Shown piece after piece: positions 47,942 to 57,654 of a DNA stretch of 64,000 bases. Location of the stretch: assembly GCA_045646345.1 (NCBI GenBank), contig JAZRKN010000014.1, forward strand, positions 1-64,000, given 5' to 3'. Position numbers and translations under genes: made by a program. This DNA comes from Candidatus Scatovivens sp. (GTDB lineage: Bacteria > Bacillota > Clostridia > TANB77 > CAG-508). Below the pieces are notes generated by a model that saw only the letters and a list, made by a program, of their open reading frames with translations, had not been told where the DNA came from and made no database searches. The first letter of the stretch is position 1. Every line of letters begins with the position of its first letter.

Positions 47942-50026
47942 ATGTCTGCAGCAAAGAAGAAAAAAGGTAAGAAAAAGTACAAAAGTGCAAAGAATGTTAA
48001 TGCTCAAAGTGCAGTAAAAAACCAAACAAAAAAACAAGAATTAGACAATGTAGAAAATAAAGAAATAGTCAAAAATAAAGTAAATAAAAATAATTTGCCA
48101 GAAGAAAAAAGCAAAGAAAAATTTGAGTCAAAACCAAAGAATGAAACTTCTAAAATAAAGATTAAAGAAAATACTGATGAAGAGTTAAATAGTAAGGCTG
48201 AACTTGCTGAAAAAGAAAAGAATTCTAATAAAATAAATAAAAAAGAAGTAAGTAAAGAAAAAAAGCCTGTTGAAATAAAAGAAGAAAACGAAGAAGTAAA
48301 ATTAGAGGTTAAAAATAAGGAAGAGATAGAAGAAAAAGAACCTAAGAAGGAGAATAAAGATTTAATAAAAGCTCCGCCAAAAGAGGTTTCTAAAACAGAT
48401 GAAAAACCAGAATATGTACAAGAAATGATTAAAAATAGCAAGAAAAGAAAACTTATTTTTACTTGTACAGTAATTTTAATAATTTTGTTAGTTTTTGTTT
48501 CAACAATAGTTGCTATTTCAAATTTAAAAAATACAAATATGATGAATGGTTTGAAAATTAAAGATATTGAAGTTTCAAATATTAGCCAAGAAGAAGCAAA
48601 AGAATTAGTTAAGAAAGCAATGGAAAGAGAACTTTCAGTAGAACTTAATTTAAATTATGGAGAGGGTTATAATGTCACATTAAAACCAGAACAAATTGAG
48701 TTTAATTATGATGTTGATTCTGCTATAGAAAAAGCTTATTTGATAGGTAGAGATGGAAATATTGTGGCAAACAATTATGCTATTTTATTTACTTCAATTT
48801 TTGGAAGAAACTTAGATATAGATTATTCTTATAATGGAGAATTATTAAATCAATTTGTAGAAGATATAAATTCTAAACTTCCAGGAGTCGTTGTAGAACC
48901 AACTTATTACATAGAAGATGGAAAATTAATTGTAAATAAAGGAACAGATGGACTATTAGTAAAAAAAGAAGAATTAAAAAATGAAATTATAAAAGCAATA
49001 ATATCTAGAAATGCTTTTGAAATAACAGAAGAATATAAGCAAGCTATTGAAATACCTGCAGAAGAAGTAAAAACAAGTCAAATAGATATGAAAAAGATTC
49101 ATTCAGAAATATACAGTGTTCCAAAAGATGCTTATTTTGAATTAGAACCATATAAAATTTATGCAGATGTTGATGGAATAGATTTGACTATTTCACCAGA
49201 GGATGCTCAAAAAATAGTTTTAGAAAATGATAAAGAAGAATATACTTTCGATTTGAAAATAACAAAAGCAGAAAAGACAATTAATGATTTAGGAACAGAA
49301 GCATTTCCATATTTAATATCAACTTTTTCGACTAAATATGATGCTAGCAACAGAAATAGAAGTACAAATTTACAAATAGCAGCTGAAAAAATAAATGGAA
49401 AAGTTTTAATGCCAGGAGAAGAATTTTCATTCAATAAAGTAGTTGGAAAAAGAACTGTAGAAGAAGGATATAAAGATGCAAAAATATATGCTGATGGTGG
49501 AGTTGTAGATGGATTAGCTGGTGGTATTTGCCAAATATCTTCAACACTTTATAATTCTGTGTTATTAGCAAACTTACAAATAACAGAGAGAAGAAATCAT
49601 TCTTTTACAACATCATATCTTCCTGCTGGAAAAGATGCGACAGTAGTTTGGGGAACAACAGATTTTAGATTTGTAAATTCAAGATCTTATCCAATAAAAA
49701 TTGAAGCAACTGTAAATAATGGAATTGCAGAATTCAAAATACATGGAATGCAAGAAGAAGTTGAATATGAGGTAAAAATACTTCCGGTAAAAACAAAATC
49801 AATTCCTTATACAACGACTTATGAAGAAGATCCAACAGTAATGCCAGGGCAACAAAAAGTGAAGCAAGCAGGTCATGCTGGATATAAAGTTACAACTTAT
49901 AAAGAGTTGAGACAAAATGGGGTAGTGGTATCAAAAGAAGCAATCTCAAGTGATACATATAATCCAATGAGAGCGATTATAAGAGTTGCACCGGGACATA
50001 TTCCAGGCCAAACTCCAGTTCAATAA
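47942..50026 (+). CDS. VanW family protein with PG-binding and G5 domains
   Basis: Charged N-tail, TM helix, PGEEFSFNKVVG...GGICQISSTLYN...RRNHS, C-terminal G5. Confidence 0.92.
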   Translation: MSAAKKKKGKKKYKSAKNVNAQSAVKNQTKKQELDNVENKEIVKNKVNKNNLPEEKSKEKFESKPKNETSKIKIKENTDEELNSKAELAEKEKNSNKINKKEVSKEKKPVEIKEENEEVKLEVKNKEEIEEKEPKKENKDLIKAPPKEVSKTDEKPEYVQEMIKNSKKRKLIFTCTVILIILLVFVSTIVAISNLKNTNMMNGLKIKDIEVSNISQEEAKELVKKAMERELSVELNLNYGEGYNVTLKPEQIEFNYDVDSAIEKAYLIGRDGNIVANNYAILFTSIFGRNLDIDYSYNGELLNQFVEDINSKLPGVVVEPTYYIEDGKLIVNKGTDGLLVKKEELKNEIIKAIISRNAFEITEEYKQAIEIPAEEVKTSQIDMKKIHSEIYSVPKDAYFELEPYKIYADVDGIDLTISPEDAQKIVLENDKEEYTFDLKITKAEKTINDLGTEAFPYLISTFSTKYDASNRNRSTNLQIAAEKINGKVLMPGEEFSFNKVVGKRTVEEGYKDAKIYADGGVVDGLAGGICQISSTLYNSVLLANLQITERRNHSFTTSYLPAGKDATVVWGTTDFRFVNSRSYPIKIEATVNNGIAEFKIHGMQEEVEYEVKILPVKTKSIPYTTTYEEDPTVMPGQQKVKQAGHAGYKVTTYKELRQNGVVVSKEAISSDTYNPMRAIIRVAPGHIPGQTPVQ

Positions 50027-50077
50027 AATAACAAAAAAGAATGTTGATAAAATCAACATTCTTTTTTTATGTATTAA

Positions 50078-50875
50078 TTAGTTTTCTTGATTTTCTTTTT
50101 CTGCTACTACTTCTTGTACGTCACTTATACCTGCAACATCTTCATAGAAGTTTATTAATGTAAATGACATGTAAGGTGATAAGATTAATGTTCCTACAAG
50201 CATAAGGATTGGTGATAAGATTGGTAATATTGGTGCAGCTAAAACAGAAGCAAATACAACTAATATAACCCATCCTAAGAATGAAAGTTCTGTTAAAAGA
50301 TATTTCATTCTGTTGCCTTTCATTAATTCGGCACTTTTATTTAATATTTCTCCAGCTTTTGCATTTGGATTATCATATAATAAATAGAATTGTAATGAAT
50401 ATAATAATGATTTTACGATAAATAATATACAAGATACTATTAACAAAATGCAAGAAGCTAACATATAAATAAGTGCATTAGCTTCGCTTGCAGCAAGCAT
50501 ATAAGCTGATACTCCAATTAAAACTGCAGCTACAATATAAAGTAATATTGGTAACCATAATTTTAAAATCATTACAAGGTATATTTTTATTATTTTCCAA
50601 ATATTTTTTAATCCAATTGTAACAAAATCCATAAGATCAACTTTTTCTGTACGAGAAAGTTTAATCATAGAAGCTAAAAGCCCATAACTAAATGCAAAAG
50701 AAACAAGTGAAATAAATAAATTAAGTAAAAAAACAACAGCTGCTGATGTTGAAACATTTGGGATTAAAGCCATACCAAAAGAAATTAGTGTAACAACTAT
50801 ATAGATTCCAGCGGCTTTTCCCCATTTTCCAGAAAGCTTAACAAGTGCTTCTTTTTTTAATTCTGATATTTTCAT
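50078..50875 (-). CDS. DUF975 family membrane protein
   Basis: SELKKEA...LSGKWG; YLLYDNP...SAELMKGNR...LSFLGW. Confidence 0.88.
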   Translation of the reverse strand: MKISELKKEALVKLSGKWGKAAGIYIVVTLISFGMALIPNVSTSAAVVFLLNLFISLVSFAFSYGLLASMIKLSRTEKVDLMDFVTIGLKNIWKIIKIYLVMILKLWLPILLYIVAAVLIGVSAYMLAASEANALIYMLASCILLIVSCILFIVKSLLYSLQFYLLYDNPNAKAGEILNKSAELMKGNRMKYLLTELSFLGWVILVVFASVLAAPILPILSPILMLVGTLILSPYMSFTLINFYEDVAGISDVQEVVAEKENQEN

Positions 50876-51048
50876 AACTTTATTCTTAGTTAGATAGATA
50901 ACTAAGATTCTCCTTTCTAAAAGTATTTATAAATGTTGAATAAAATTCAACATTATATGAATATCAACTATATTATCTCTTTTTTGAAAAAATAAGTCAA
51001 TAATAATGACTAAATTTGAGGTGGCAAAATTTTGAAAAGTAGCTTAAA

Positions 51049-51077
51049 GTATAAAGAACATAAAAATGGAAATATTA
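51049..51077 (+). promoter_or_regulatory. sigmaF-like promoter of the HtrA gene
   Basis: GTATA-14-GGAAATATTA versus the B. subtilis consensus GYATA-~15-GGnnAnAHTR. Confidence 0.5.
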
Positions 51078-51095
51078 TCAAAAAGGAGATTATAT

Positions 51096-52217
51096 ATGTA
51101 TTATGGAAGTAATGGTGAAAAAAAGTTAGAAAAGATAATAATGATAGTTTTAATGATTGTTATTATTGCACTTCTTTGTATATTAATAATAAAACTTGAT
51201 ATCCCAGAAAACAATTTTGAAATAAATAGTGATTATGTTGCTAACAAACTATCCACAAATAGTGAAGAAACTGTTGAAAACATTTCCGCAAAACCAATAA
51301 ATTCTGTAGTAAAATCTGTTGTTGGCATTTCAAAATTAAAGCAAAATGGAAATTCTATTTTTCTGAATAATTCAGAAGAGAAATTGGGACTTGGAAGTGG
51401 GATAATATTGACTGAAAATGGATATATTTTAACGAATCAACATGTGGTAGGAAACAAGTATAGTAACTGTTTTGTTACCTTAGAAAATGGGAATATTTAT
51501 GATGGAAATGTTGTCTGGTCAGATAATAATATAGATTTAGCTATTGTGAAAATTATGGCAAATGATTTAGATTATATTAGTCTTGGGGATTCGGATAAGA
51601 TTTGCTTAGCTGATGAAGTTTTTGCGATTGGAAATCCAATTGGAATAGAATTCCAAAGAACTGTAACAAAAGGAATTATAAGTGGAATAAATAGAACAAT
51701 AAAATTAGAAGAAAATGGAGTAGGAAGCTATATGGAGGATTTAATACAGACTGATGCAACAATAAATGAAGGAAATAGTGGTGGACCACTTATAAATAAA
51801 TCAGGAGAACTTATAGGAATAAACACAATTAAAATAAATGATGCGGAGGGAATTGGTTTTGCTGTTCCAATAAACATTATAAAACCAATTTTAGAAAAAC
51901 TTGTAAGTTCTGGTAAATTCGAAGAAGCATATCTTGGAATATATGGATATGATAAGGAAGTTATACCTTATTTAAATTCTGACTTAAAGATTGATAAAGG
52001 TGTATATATAGCAAGTATTCAACCAGATGGGCCTTTATACAATAAAGAAATTAAAGTGGGGGATATAATAACTAGAATTGATGATATAGAAGTATATAAA
52101 ATGAATGATTTGAAAAAATATATTTATACAAAAAGTCCTAAAGATAAAATAAAATTGACTATTAGAAGAGTTAATTTAGAATTTGAAATAGAGATAGAAT
52201 TAGGTAGTAAAATATAA
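51096..52217 (+). CDS. HtrA-like trypsin serine protease with PDZ domain
   Basis: GSGII...TNQHV, DLAIVK, QTDATINEGNSGGPL; RBS AAGGAG before ATG 51096. Confidence 0.93.
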   Translation: MYYGSNGEKKLEKIIMIVLMIVIIALLCILIIKLDIPENNFEINSDYVANKLSTNSEETVENISAKPINSVVKSVVGISKLKQNGNSIFLNNSEEKLGLGSGIILTENGYILTNQHVVGNKYSNCFVTLENGNIYDGNVVWSDNNIDLAIVKIMANDLDYISLGDSDKICLADEVFAIGNPIGIEFQRTVTKGIISGINRTIKLEENGVGSYMEDLIQTDATINEGNSGGPLINKSGELIGINTIKINDAEGIGFAVPINIIKPILEKLVSSGKFEEAYLGIYGYDKEVIPYLNSDLKIDKGVYIASIQPDGPLYNKEIKVGDIITRIDDIEVYKMNDLKKYIYTKSPKDKIKLTIRRVNLEFEIEIELGSKI

Positions 52218-52302
52218 AAGATACCGTATAATGAAAAAATTCATTATACGGTATTTTTTATTTTATATTATTCTTTTTAACTTCAACTACATAATTTAAA
52301 AG

Positions 52303-54300
52303 TTAATCTAATTTTATTAAGTTTTCTGAAGTGATATCTTCAGCAACGATTGTTCTAAGAACTTTTTTAGAGTTTGCATTTGCTGTATTTGATGCGTGTT
52401 TTATAATTGCTTTTTCATAAATGTTTCTAACAAATCTAGCATTACCAAAACCTTCAGAGTGTCTAAATTCTTCAATAATTTCGGTTGCTTTTTCGATTGC
52501 ACCTGGATCAATAAAGAATCCTGATTTTTTAAACATAGATTTTAATATTTGGATTAATTCTTCTAAACTATAATCTTTGAAATCCATAGTATAACCAATT
52601 CTAGATACAATACCAGAGTTTGATTTTAAGAATGCATCCATTTCTTTGCTATAACCAGCAAAAATAACAACTAAATTATCTCTATAGTTTTCCATTGCTT
52701 GAATTAATGTAGCAATACATTCTTCGTTAAAGCTGCTTCCAGAACTTCCAGGTTTGCTAGCTAAAGAGTAAGCTTCGTCAATAAATAAAACACCACCTAA
52801 AGCTTTTTCGATAACGCTAATTGTTTTTGGAGCTGTTTGTCCAACGTATTGGCCAATTAAGTCTTTTGCAGAAACTTCGATAAGTTTATTTTGTTCAATA
52901 TATTTTAAATTATATAATATTCCAGCAACCATTCTTGCTACTGTTGTTTTACCAGTACCAGGGTTACCTAAAAATACCATGTGTAAGTTTGTGTCTTTAA
53001 TTTTTAAAGAATCTTCTGTTTTACTTTTAAATTTCATTAAGCTTACTAAATTTTTAAGCATTTGTTTTACATTATCTAATCCAACTAATTCATCTAGATC
53101 AGCAAATATTTCATCAATAGATTTGTTCTTCTCATATTCTGGAATTGAATTAGCATCAATTACATTATTTGTTTGATTGAAAAGAATTCTTTCGATTAAT
53201 GCGCTTGCATAATCTGGTGCTGAAAGCTGACTTTTTGGGAATGTTTCTGTAATATAATCTAAAAGTTTTACATCGAATTCTCCAGAAACTGTATAATCTT
53301 TTTTAAATGCATCTAATACTTGATGATAAATTTCTTGAGTATTTGCTGATGTAGATATTAATTCAAAGTCGAAAATTTTATCTTTTAGAATTAGATTGTT
53401 AGTAAAAACTTCATCGATTTTTTCTTTATTTTTATCAGATACAATTGTTGTGATTCCATCTAAACTACTATAAGCACAAATTGTATCTTCCCAAATATTT
53501 AATAATTTATCACGAGTTGCTTTGTCTTTATTTAGTAATCCATCAACATCTTTAAATATTATTAAGCTATGAGTTCTATTATATAAATCTGTTATGTGTG
53601 TTCCATCTTCAACAACATAGAAAGAACGTTCAACAGCTTCATCATTTTTCATGTATCCAAAGTAAGTGAATCCATCTATTATAATATTTACAATATCATA
53701 AAGTGTTTCATCATTATCTGCATAAATTCTCATATTAAAAGGAATATAATTTTTTACAATACCATCTGAATATTTTCTTGCATAATCAACCATTTTTTTC
53801 AAAACGATTTTTGACTCAGAAACTAAATGAGCATCATCAATTCTTTTGAAAAATTCTTCAAGTTTGGCTGTTTTTTGTGCAGCAATTTCTTCTTTAGAAA
53901 GAAGTACTTCTTGAACAGGTTCTTTTTCAGTTTTTTGAGGTTTTACTGTAGATGTTGTTTTTTGAGTTGCAACAGAAGTTTTATTTTGTGCAGGTTTTGT
54001 TGTAGTTTTTTTAATTTCTTCTTTTTTTGTTTTATCAGAAGTTAAAGAAGGTTCATCTTCATTAAAGTAAGATGTAGATTTTCTTTTTTTACCTGCGTGC
54101 CTTTGATCTGCTCTTTTTAAATATTCAGCTCTAGTTTTTATAGTTTCAAATTTATTTGCATTTTCATGATTATATCTTAATTGTCTCATTTTTTCTTTTG
54201 CAATATCAAATGCATCTGGTTCTGAAGAAATAAGACTAAAAAAGTCATCATACATTTCTTCTAAAAATTTTCTTTGTGGTCTATCATAATTACTGCTCAT
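52303..54300 (-). CDS. SpoVK/CbbX-like AAA+ ATPase with long N-terminal region
   Basis: LVGLDNVK...HMVFLGNPGTGKTTVAR...GGVLFIDEAYSL...FGNARFVRN. Confidence 0.9.
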   Translation of the reverse strand: MSSNYDRPQRKFLEEMYDDFFSLISSEPDAFDIAKEKMRQLRYNHENANKFETIKTRAEYLKRADQRHAGKKRKSTSYFNEDEPSLTSDKTKKEEIKKTTTKPAQNKTSVATQKTTSTVKPQKTEKEPVQEVLLSKEEIAAQKTAKLEEFFKRIDDAHLVSESKIVLKKMVDYARKYSDGIVKNYIPFNMRIYADNDETLYDIVNIIIDGFTYFGYMKNDEAVERSFYVVEDGTHITDLYNRTHSLIIFKDVDGLLNKDKATRDKLLNIWEDTICAYSSLDGITTIVSDKNKEKIDEVFTNNLILKDKIFDFELISTSANTQEIYHQVLDAFKKDYTVSGEFDVKLLDYITETFPKSQLSAPDYASALIERILFNQTNNVIDANSIPEYEKNKSIDEIFADLDELVGLDNVKQMLKNLVSLMKFKSKTEDSLKIKDTNLHMVFLGNPGTGKTTVARMVAGILYNLKYIEQNKLIEVSAKDLIGQYVGQTAPKTISVIEKALGGVLFIDEAYSLASKPGSSGSSFNEECIATLIQAMENYRDNLVVIFAGYSKEMDAFLKSNSGIVSRIGYTMDFKDYSLEELIQILKSMFKKSGFFIDPGAIEKATEIIEEFRHSEGFGNARFVRNIYEKAIIKHASNTANANSKKVLRTIVAEDITSENLIKLD

Positions 54301-54523
54301 AGTAACTCCTTTTAATTATAATATATTCAAATTATATAATAAAAAATTTTTTTTAACAATGGTTTTATTATTAGAAAATAAAGAAAATTTTCTTTAGATT
54401 TTAAGTGAAATAAAATGAATAAAATTGTTGTCTAAAATAACTTATATGATATAATAAATGATGTAAAAATATACATAAAATAAATTGAAAACAAGCAAAT
54501 TTATTTTAAAATTAGGAGATATT

Positions 54524-54997
54524 ATGAATATAGGATTTTATGCTGGAAGTTTTTCGCCATTTACAAATGGTCATTTACATGTTGTAAGAGAAGCAAGTAA
54601 ATTGTTTGATAAAGTAATTATTGGAATTGGAATAAATTCTAGAAAGATTCCAAGATATAAAAATGAACTAATGAAAGAAGCTATTGAAAAAGTTTTGGTA
54701 AGAGAAAATTTAAATAATGTAGAAGTAATTATATATAATAATTTATCTGCAGATGCTGCTCTTGAAAAAAATGCAACAGTTCTTATTAGAGGAATAAGAA
54801 ATACTATGGATTATGAATACGAAGAAAAAATGGCTTTAATAAATGAGGAGATTTCAGGATTAGATACAATCTATATAAGAGCAGGAGAATTTGGAAATGT
54901 AAGTTCTAGTTTAGTAATGGAACTTTTAGAATATGGAAGAGATGTTTCAAAATTCTTACCACCAGAAATTTTAGAATTAGTTAAAAATTACCATTAA
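54524..54997 (+). CDS. coaD: Pantetheine-phosphate adenylyltransferase
   Basis: YAGSFSPFTNGH, IRGIR...DYEYE, VSSSLV; RBS AGGAG before ATG 54524. Confidence 0.92.
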   Translation: MNIGFYAGSFSPFTNGHLHVVREASKLFDKVIIGIGINSRKIPRYKNELMKEAIEKVLVRENLNNVEVIIYNNLSADAALEKNATVLIRGIRNTMDYEYEEKMALINEEISGLDTIYIRAGEFGNVSSSLVMELLEYGRDVSKFLPPEILELVKNYH

Positions 54998-55020
54998 AAT
55001 AGGATTTAAAAGGATAAAGA

Positions 55021-56847
55021 ATGGAAGATTTAAAAGAAATATTTAAAGATAAAAATTTCGATGAAAAAACATTAGAATTAATAGATAATTTCTTGAATGA
55101 ATTTGAAGAAGTTTTTGGAAAATATCTTTCAAGAGAAAAAGTTATTGATAGAATAAAAAATAACTTAAATCATAGTGTTGTTTTTACTAATGAATTAAGG
55201 AAAAATGTTTCTGGAGTATATAATTCAGAAGAAAAAATAATAAGAATGCTTCCTGATTTGGGAGAAGAACAGCTAAAATCGGTTTTTTTCCATGAAATGA
55301 TTCATTGTATAACTACGACAAAAGATTTTGTTGGATTTGGTATACAATATTATGATGATAAAGATATGCATGCAGATTCGATGCAAACAGCTAAAGGTAT
55401 AACTGAAGGATTTACTCAACTTGCTACAAAAATAAGAAACCAAAGATATGGAATTGATATTGAATCATATCCTATTTTAACAGAGCAAGTTGCAAATTTA
55501 GCAGAATTAATTGGAGAAGAAAAATTCTTTGACATAGCATTTAATAATCCATTAGGATTAGAAGATGCTATGATGGATGCAGGAATTGTTGAATATTTTG
55601 GAGAGACTGATTTGTTTCTTCAAAACTTTAATGTTATTTGGAAATATGAAAGAAACATTTTGGAAAAGCGAGATTATAAGAAATCAGCTGAAGAAAGATT
55701 ACTTACAGCCATATTTAGACAAAGTGAAGAAAAAAATCGTGATGTAGAATTTGCAAAATCATCTATTATAACTACATTTTTAAGTGTTTATGAGAAAAAA
55801 GAAATTGCTACAGTAGAAGAATTTGTAGAAATATTTAAAATGACAGAAAAATATAGTCGAGAACTAAATATGGAAGGTGCTACACATTTATATAGTACAT
55901 GTTTTGAAAAATTTAAAGGTTTAGCAAGTGATGAAAAACAAAGAGAAATATTATTACAAAGTGTACCGGATAAAATAAGAAAAATTGTTGAAACTCAGTT
56001 TAAATTTGAAGAATTTATAGAAAAATCTCCACAAGAAATTTTAAGAATAATGGCAGAAGAGTCAGATTGGATTTATGATGAGTTATTAACCAATAGATTT
56101 GCTGATAATTATATTAGCATAATGACTTCTAGAATTTTTATGGGAATTGGAAATGAAAAATATGCCACGGATTTAGGAAAACAATTAATGGGTGACTTTG
56201 GCAAAGAAATTTTGGAAAAAGGTTATAATATTGATAAACTCGCATTTGAATTTATTAAAGTTCCAGGATTTTCTAATGTAGCGTTTAATTTGTATGAATC
56301 AGATGGAAAAGAAGTTTCATATTTGGGAACATATTCAAATATAACTTCTGATTGTGAACTTACAGAATATAAACCTTGTTCTGAAGAAGAAAGAAAAAGA
56401 ATAATAGAAGAAAGAAAATTAAATGGAAAAGAAATTATTTTAGTAAATGCTACTGGAGGAACAATTATATATAAGGGTGACAGTCAATATGAATTAATAG
56501 AAGATGAAGGCTATATTTATAGAAATAATGGAAGAGTTTTAGAGGCTCAAAGCAATATTGAATATTTAAAATCTCAAATAGAAAGAGCAGCTCAAAGAGC
56601 AAAAATAGGATTATCTAATCACCATCCACAAGAGGTTATAGGAAATGATTTGGATATAATTAAAAAAACAAAAGATTCAATAGATTCTAAAATGGGTAAG
56701 AAAAAATTTACCCCTCAAGATATTGAAGATGCAACTTTTACTGGAGAAGTTGGAATAGAAGAAATTGATGCTATTTTAGAAGAATTCAAAATGGTAGAAA
56801 TGGATAAAGAAGAAATTTTTAAGAAAGGAATTGGTTATAATGAATAG
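55021..56847 (+). CDS. Hypothetical protein with N-terminal HEXXH zinc-metallopeptidase-like motif
   Basis: GVY...FFHEMIHC...ITEGFTQL (gluzincin-like HEXXH...E). Confidence 0.7.
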   Translation: MEDLKEIFKDKNFDEKTLELIDNFLNEFEEVFGKYLSREKVIDRIKNNLNHSVVFTNELRKNVSGVYNSEEKIIRMLPDLGEEQLKSVFFHEMIHCITTTKDFVGFGIQYYDDKDMHADSMQTAKGITEGFTQLATKIRNQRYGIDIESYPILTEQVANLAELIGEEKFFDIAFNNPLGLEDAMMDAGIVEYFGETDLFLQNFNVIWKYERNILEKRDYKKSAEERLLTAIFRQSEEKNRDVEFAKSSIITTFLSVYEKKEIATVEEFVEIFKMTEKYSRELNMEGATHLYSTCFEKFKGLASDEKQREILLQSVPDKIRKIVETQFKFEEFIEKSPQEILRIMAEESDWIYDELLTNRFADNYISIMTSRIFMGIGNEKYATDLGKQLMGDFGKEILEKGYNIDKLAFEFIKVPGFSNVAFNLYESDGKEVSYLGTYSNITSDCELTEYKPCSEEERKRIIEERKLNGKEIILVNATGGTIIYKGDSQYELIEDEGYIYRNNGRVLEAQSNIEYLKSQIERAAQRAKIGLSNHHPQEVIGNDLDIIKKTKDSIDSKMGKKKFTPQDIEDATFTGEVGIEEIDAILEEFKMVEMDKEEIFKKGIGYNE

Positions 56848-57280
56848 TTCATTTGCATATGCAGAAGTATTAGAAATATTAGATAATATGGATTCAGTAT
56901 ACGTTAATAAAATTCCTGAAAAATTTCGTTTATTTCTAAAAAATAATGCTAGTAAAAATTACCAAAATCATATAGAACCTTCTAAAGATCTGCAAGGGCA
57001 AGTTTTAAGTCCAAAAACATTAAGTATATTAGCATTAATAAATTTAAAATTTTGGGTAGAAAGTGAAGAACATAAACAAAAACTTTTGTCTAGATATAGA
57101 GAAAATGATAGAAAACGAATGGAAAAATTAAGCAAAGCTATAGATAATAATAAATATAATGTTTTTGAAAAAGTAAAGGAAAAAGAAGTTTATGAAGAAG
57201 AAACAGCTCTTGTAGTAGAAAAGAAATCAGCTTTTAGAAGATTTATAGATTATCTAAAGAGTTTAATTTTTGAAAATTAA
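56840..57280 (+). CDS. Hypothetical protein, 'AYAE.LEIL...KIP' family (paralog of 21262-21774)
   Basis: FAYAEVLEIL...VNKIPEK...LQGQVLSPKTLSILALINLKFWVESEEHK; start overlaps the upstream stop. Confidence 0.8.
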   Translation: MNSSFAYAEVLEILDNMDSVYVNKIPEKFRLFLKNNASKNYQNHIEPSKDLQGQVLSPKTLSILALINLKFWVESEEHKQKLLSRYRENDRKRMEKLSKAIDNNKYNVFEKVKEKEVYEEETALVVEKKSAFRRFIDYLKSLIFEN

Positions 57281-57383
57281 TAAAAATTAAATATAAATAA
57301 AAGTCGTTATAAAAATTTTATAACGACTTTTATTTTTTGCTTATAAAAATGAAGATTAATAAAGTGCAGGTGGGGCAAAGGTT

Positions 57384-57400
57384 TGACGAAAAATGTCGAA
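57384..57400 (+). promoter_or_regulatory. Tandem Spo0A boxes
   Basis: TGACGAA (57384-57390) and TGTCGAA (57394-57400), 10-bp phasing; consensus TGNCGAA. Confidence 0.55.
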
Positions 57401-57654
57401 AATAAATAAATTAATATGCTTTACATAAGACTGAAATTACCGAAACCGAACAATAATTCTGGGTTGTGTAGGGAAGTTATATGTGTTATAATGCGGGCTG
57501 AAATAACTGGTTTATTTCAGTTAATCTGCAAGTTATGCGAGAATTCGAGCATTTCTTGTGAAACCTTATGTCTCTCTTCGAAAAGGAGGTTTTTTTCTTT
57601 AAGAGAGATAACAGTAACCGTTGTGACTGTAGGACAATGAAAGGAGTGTTTAAT

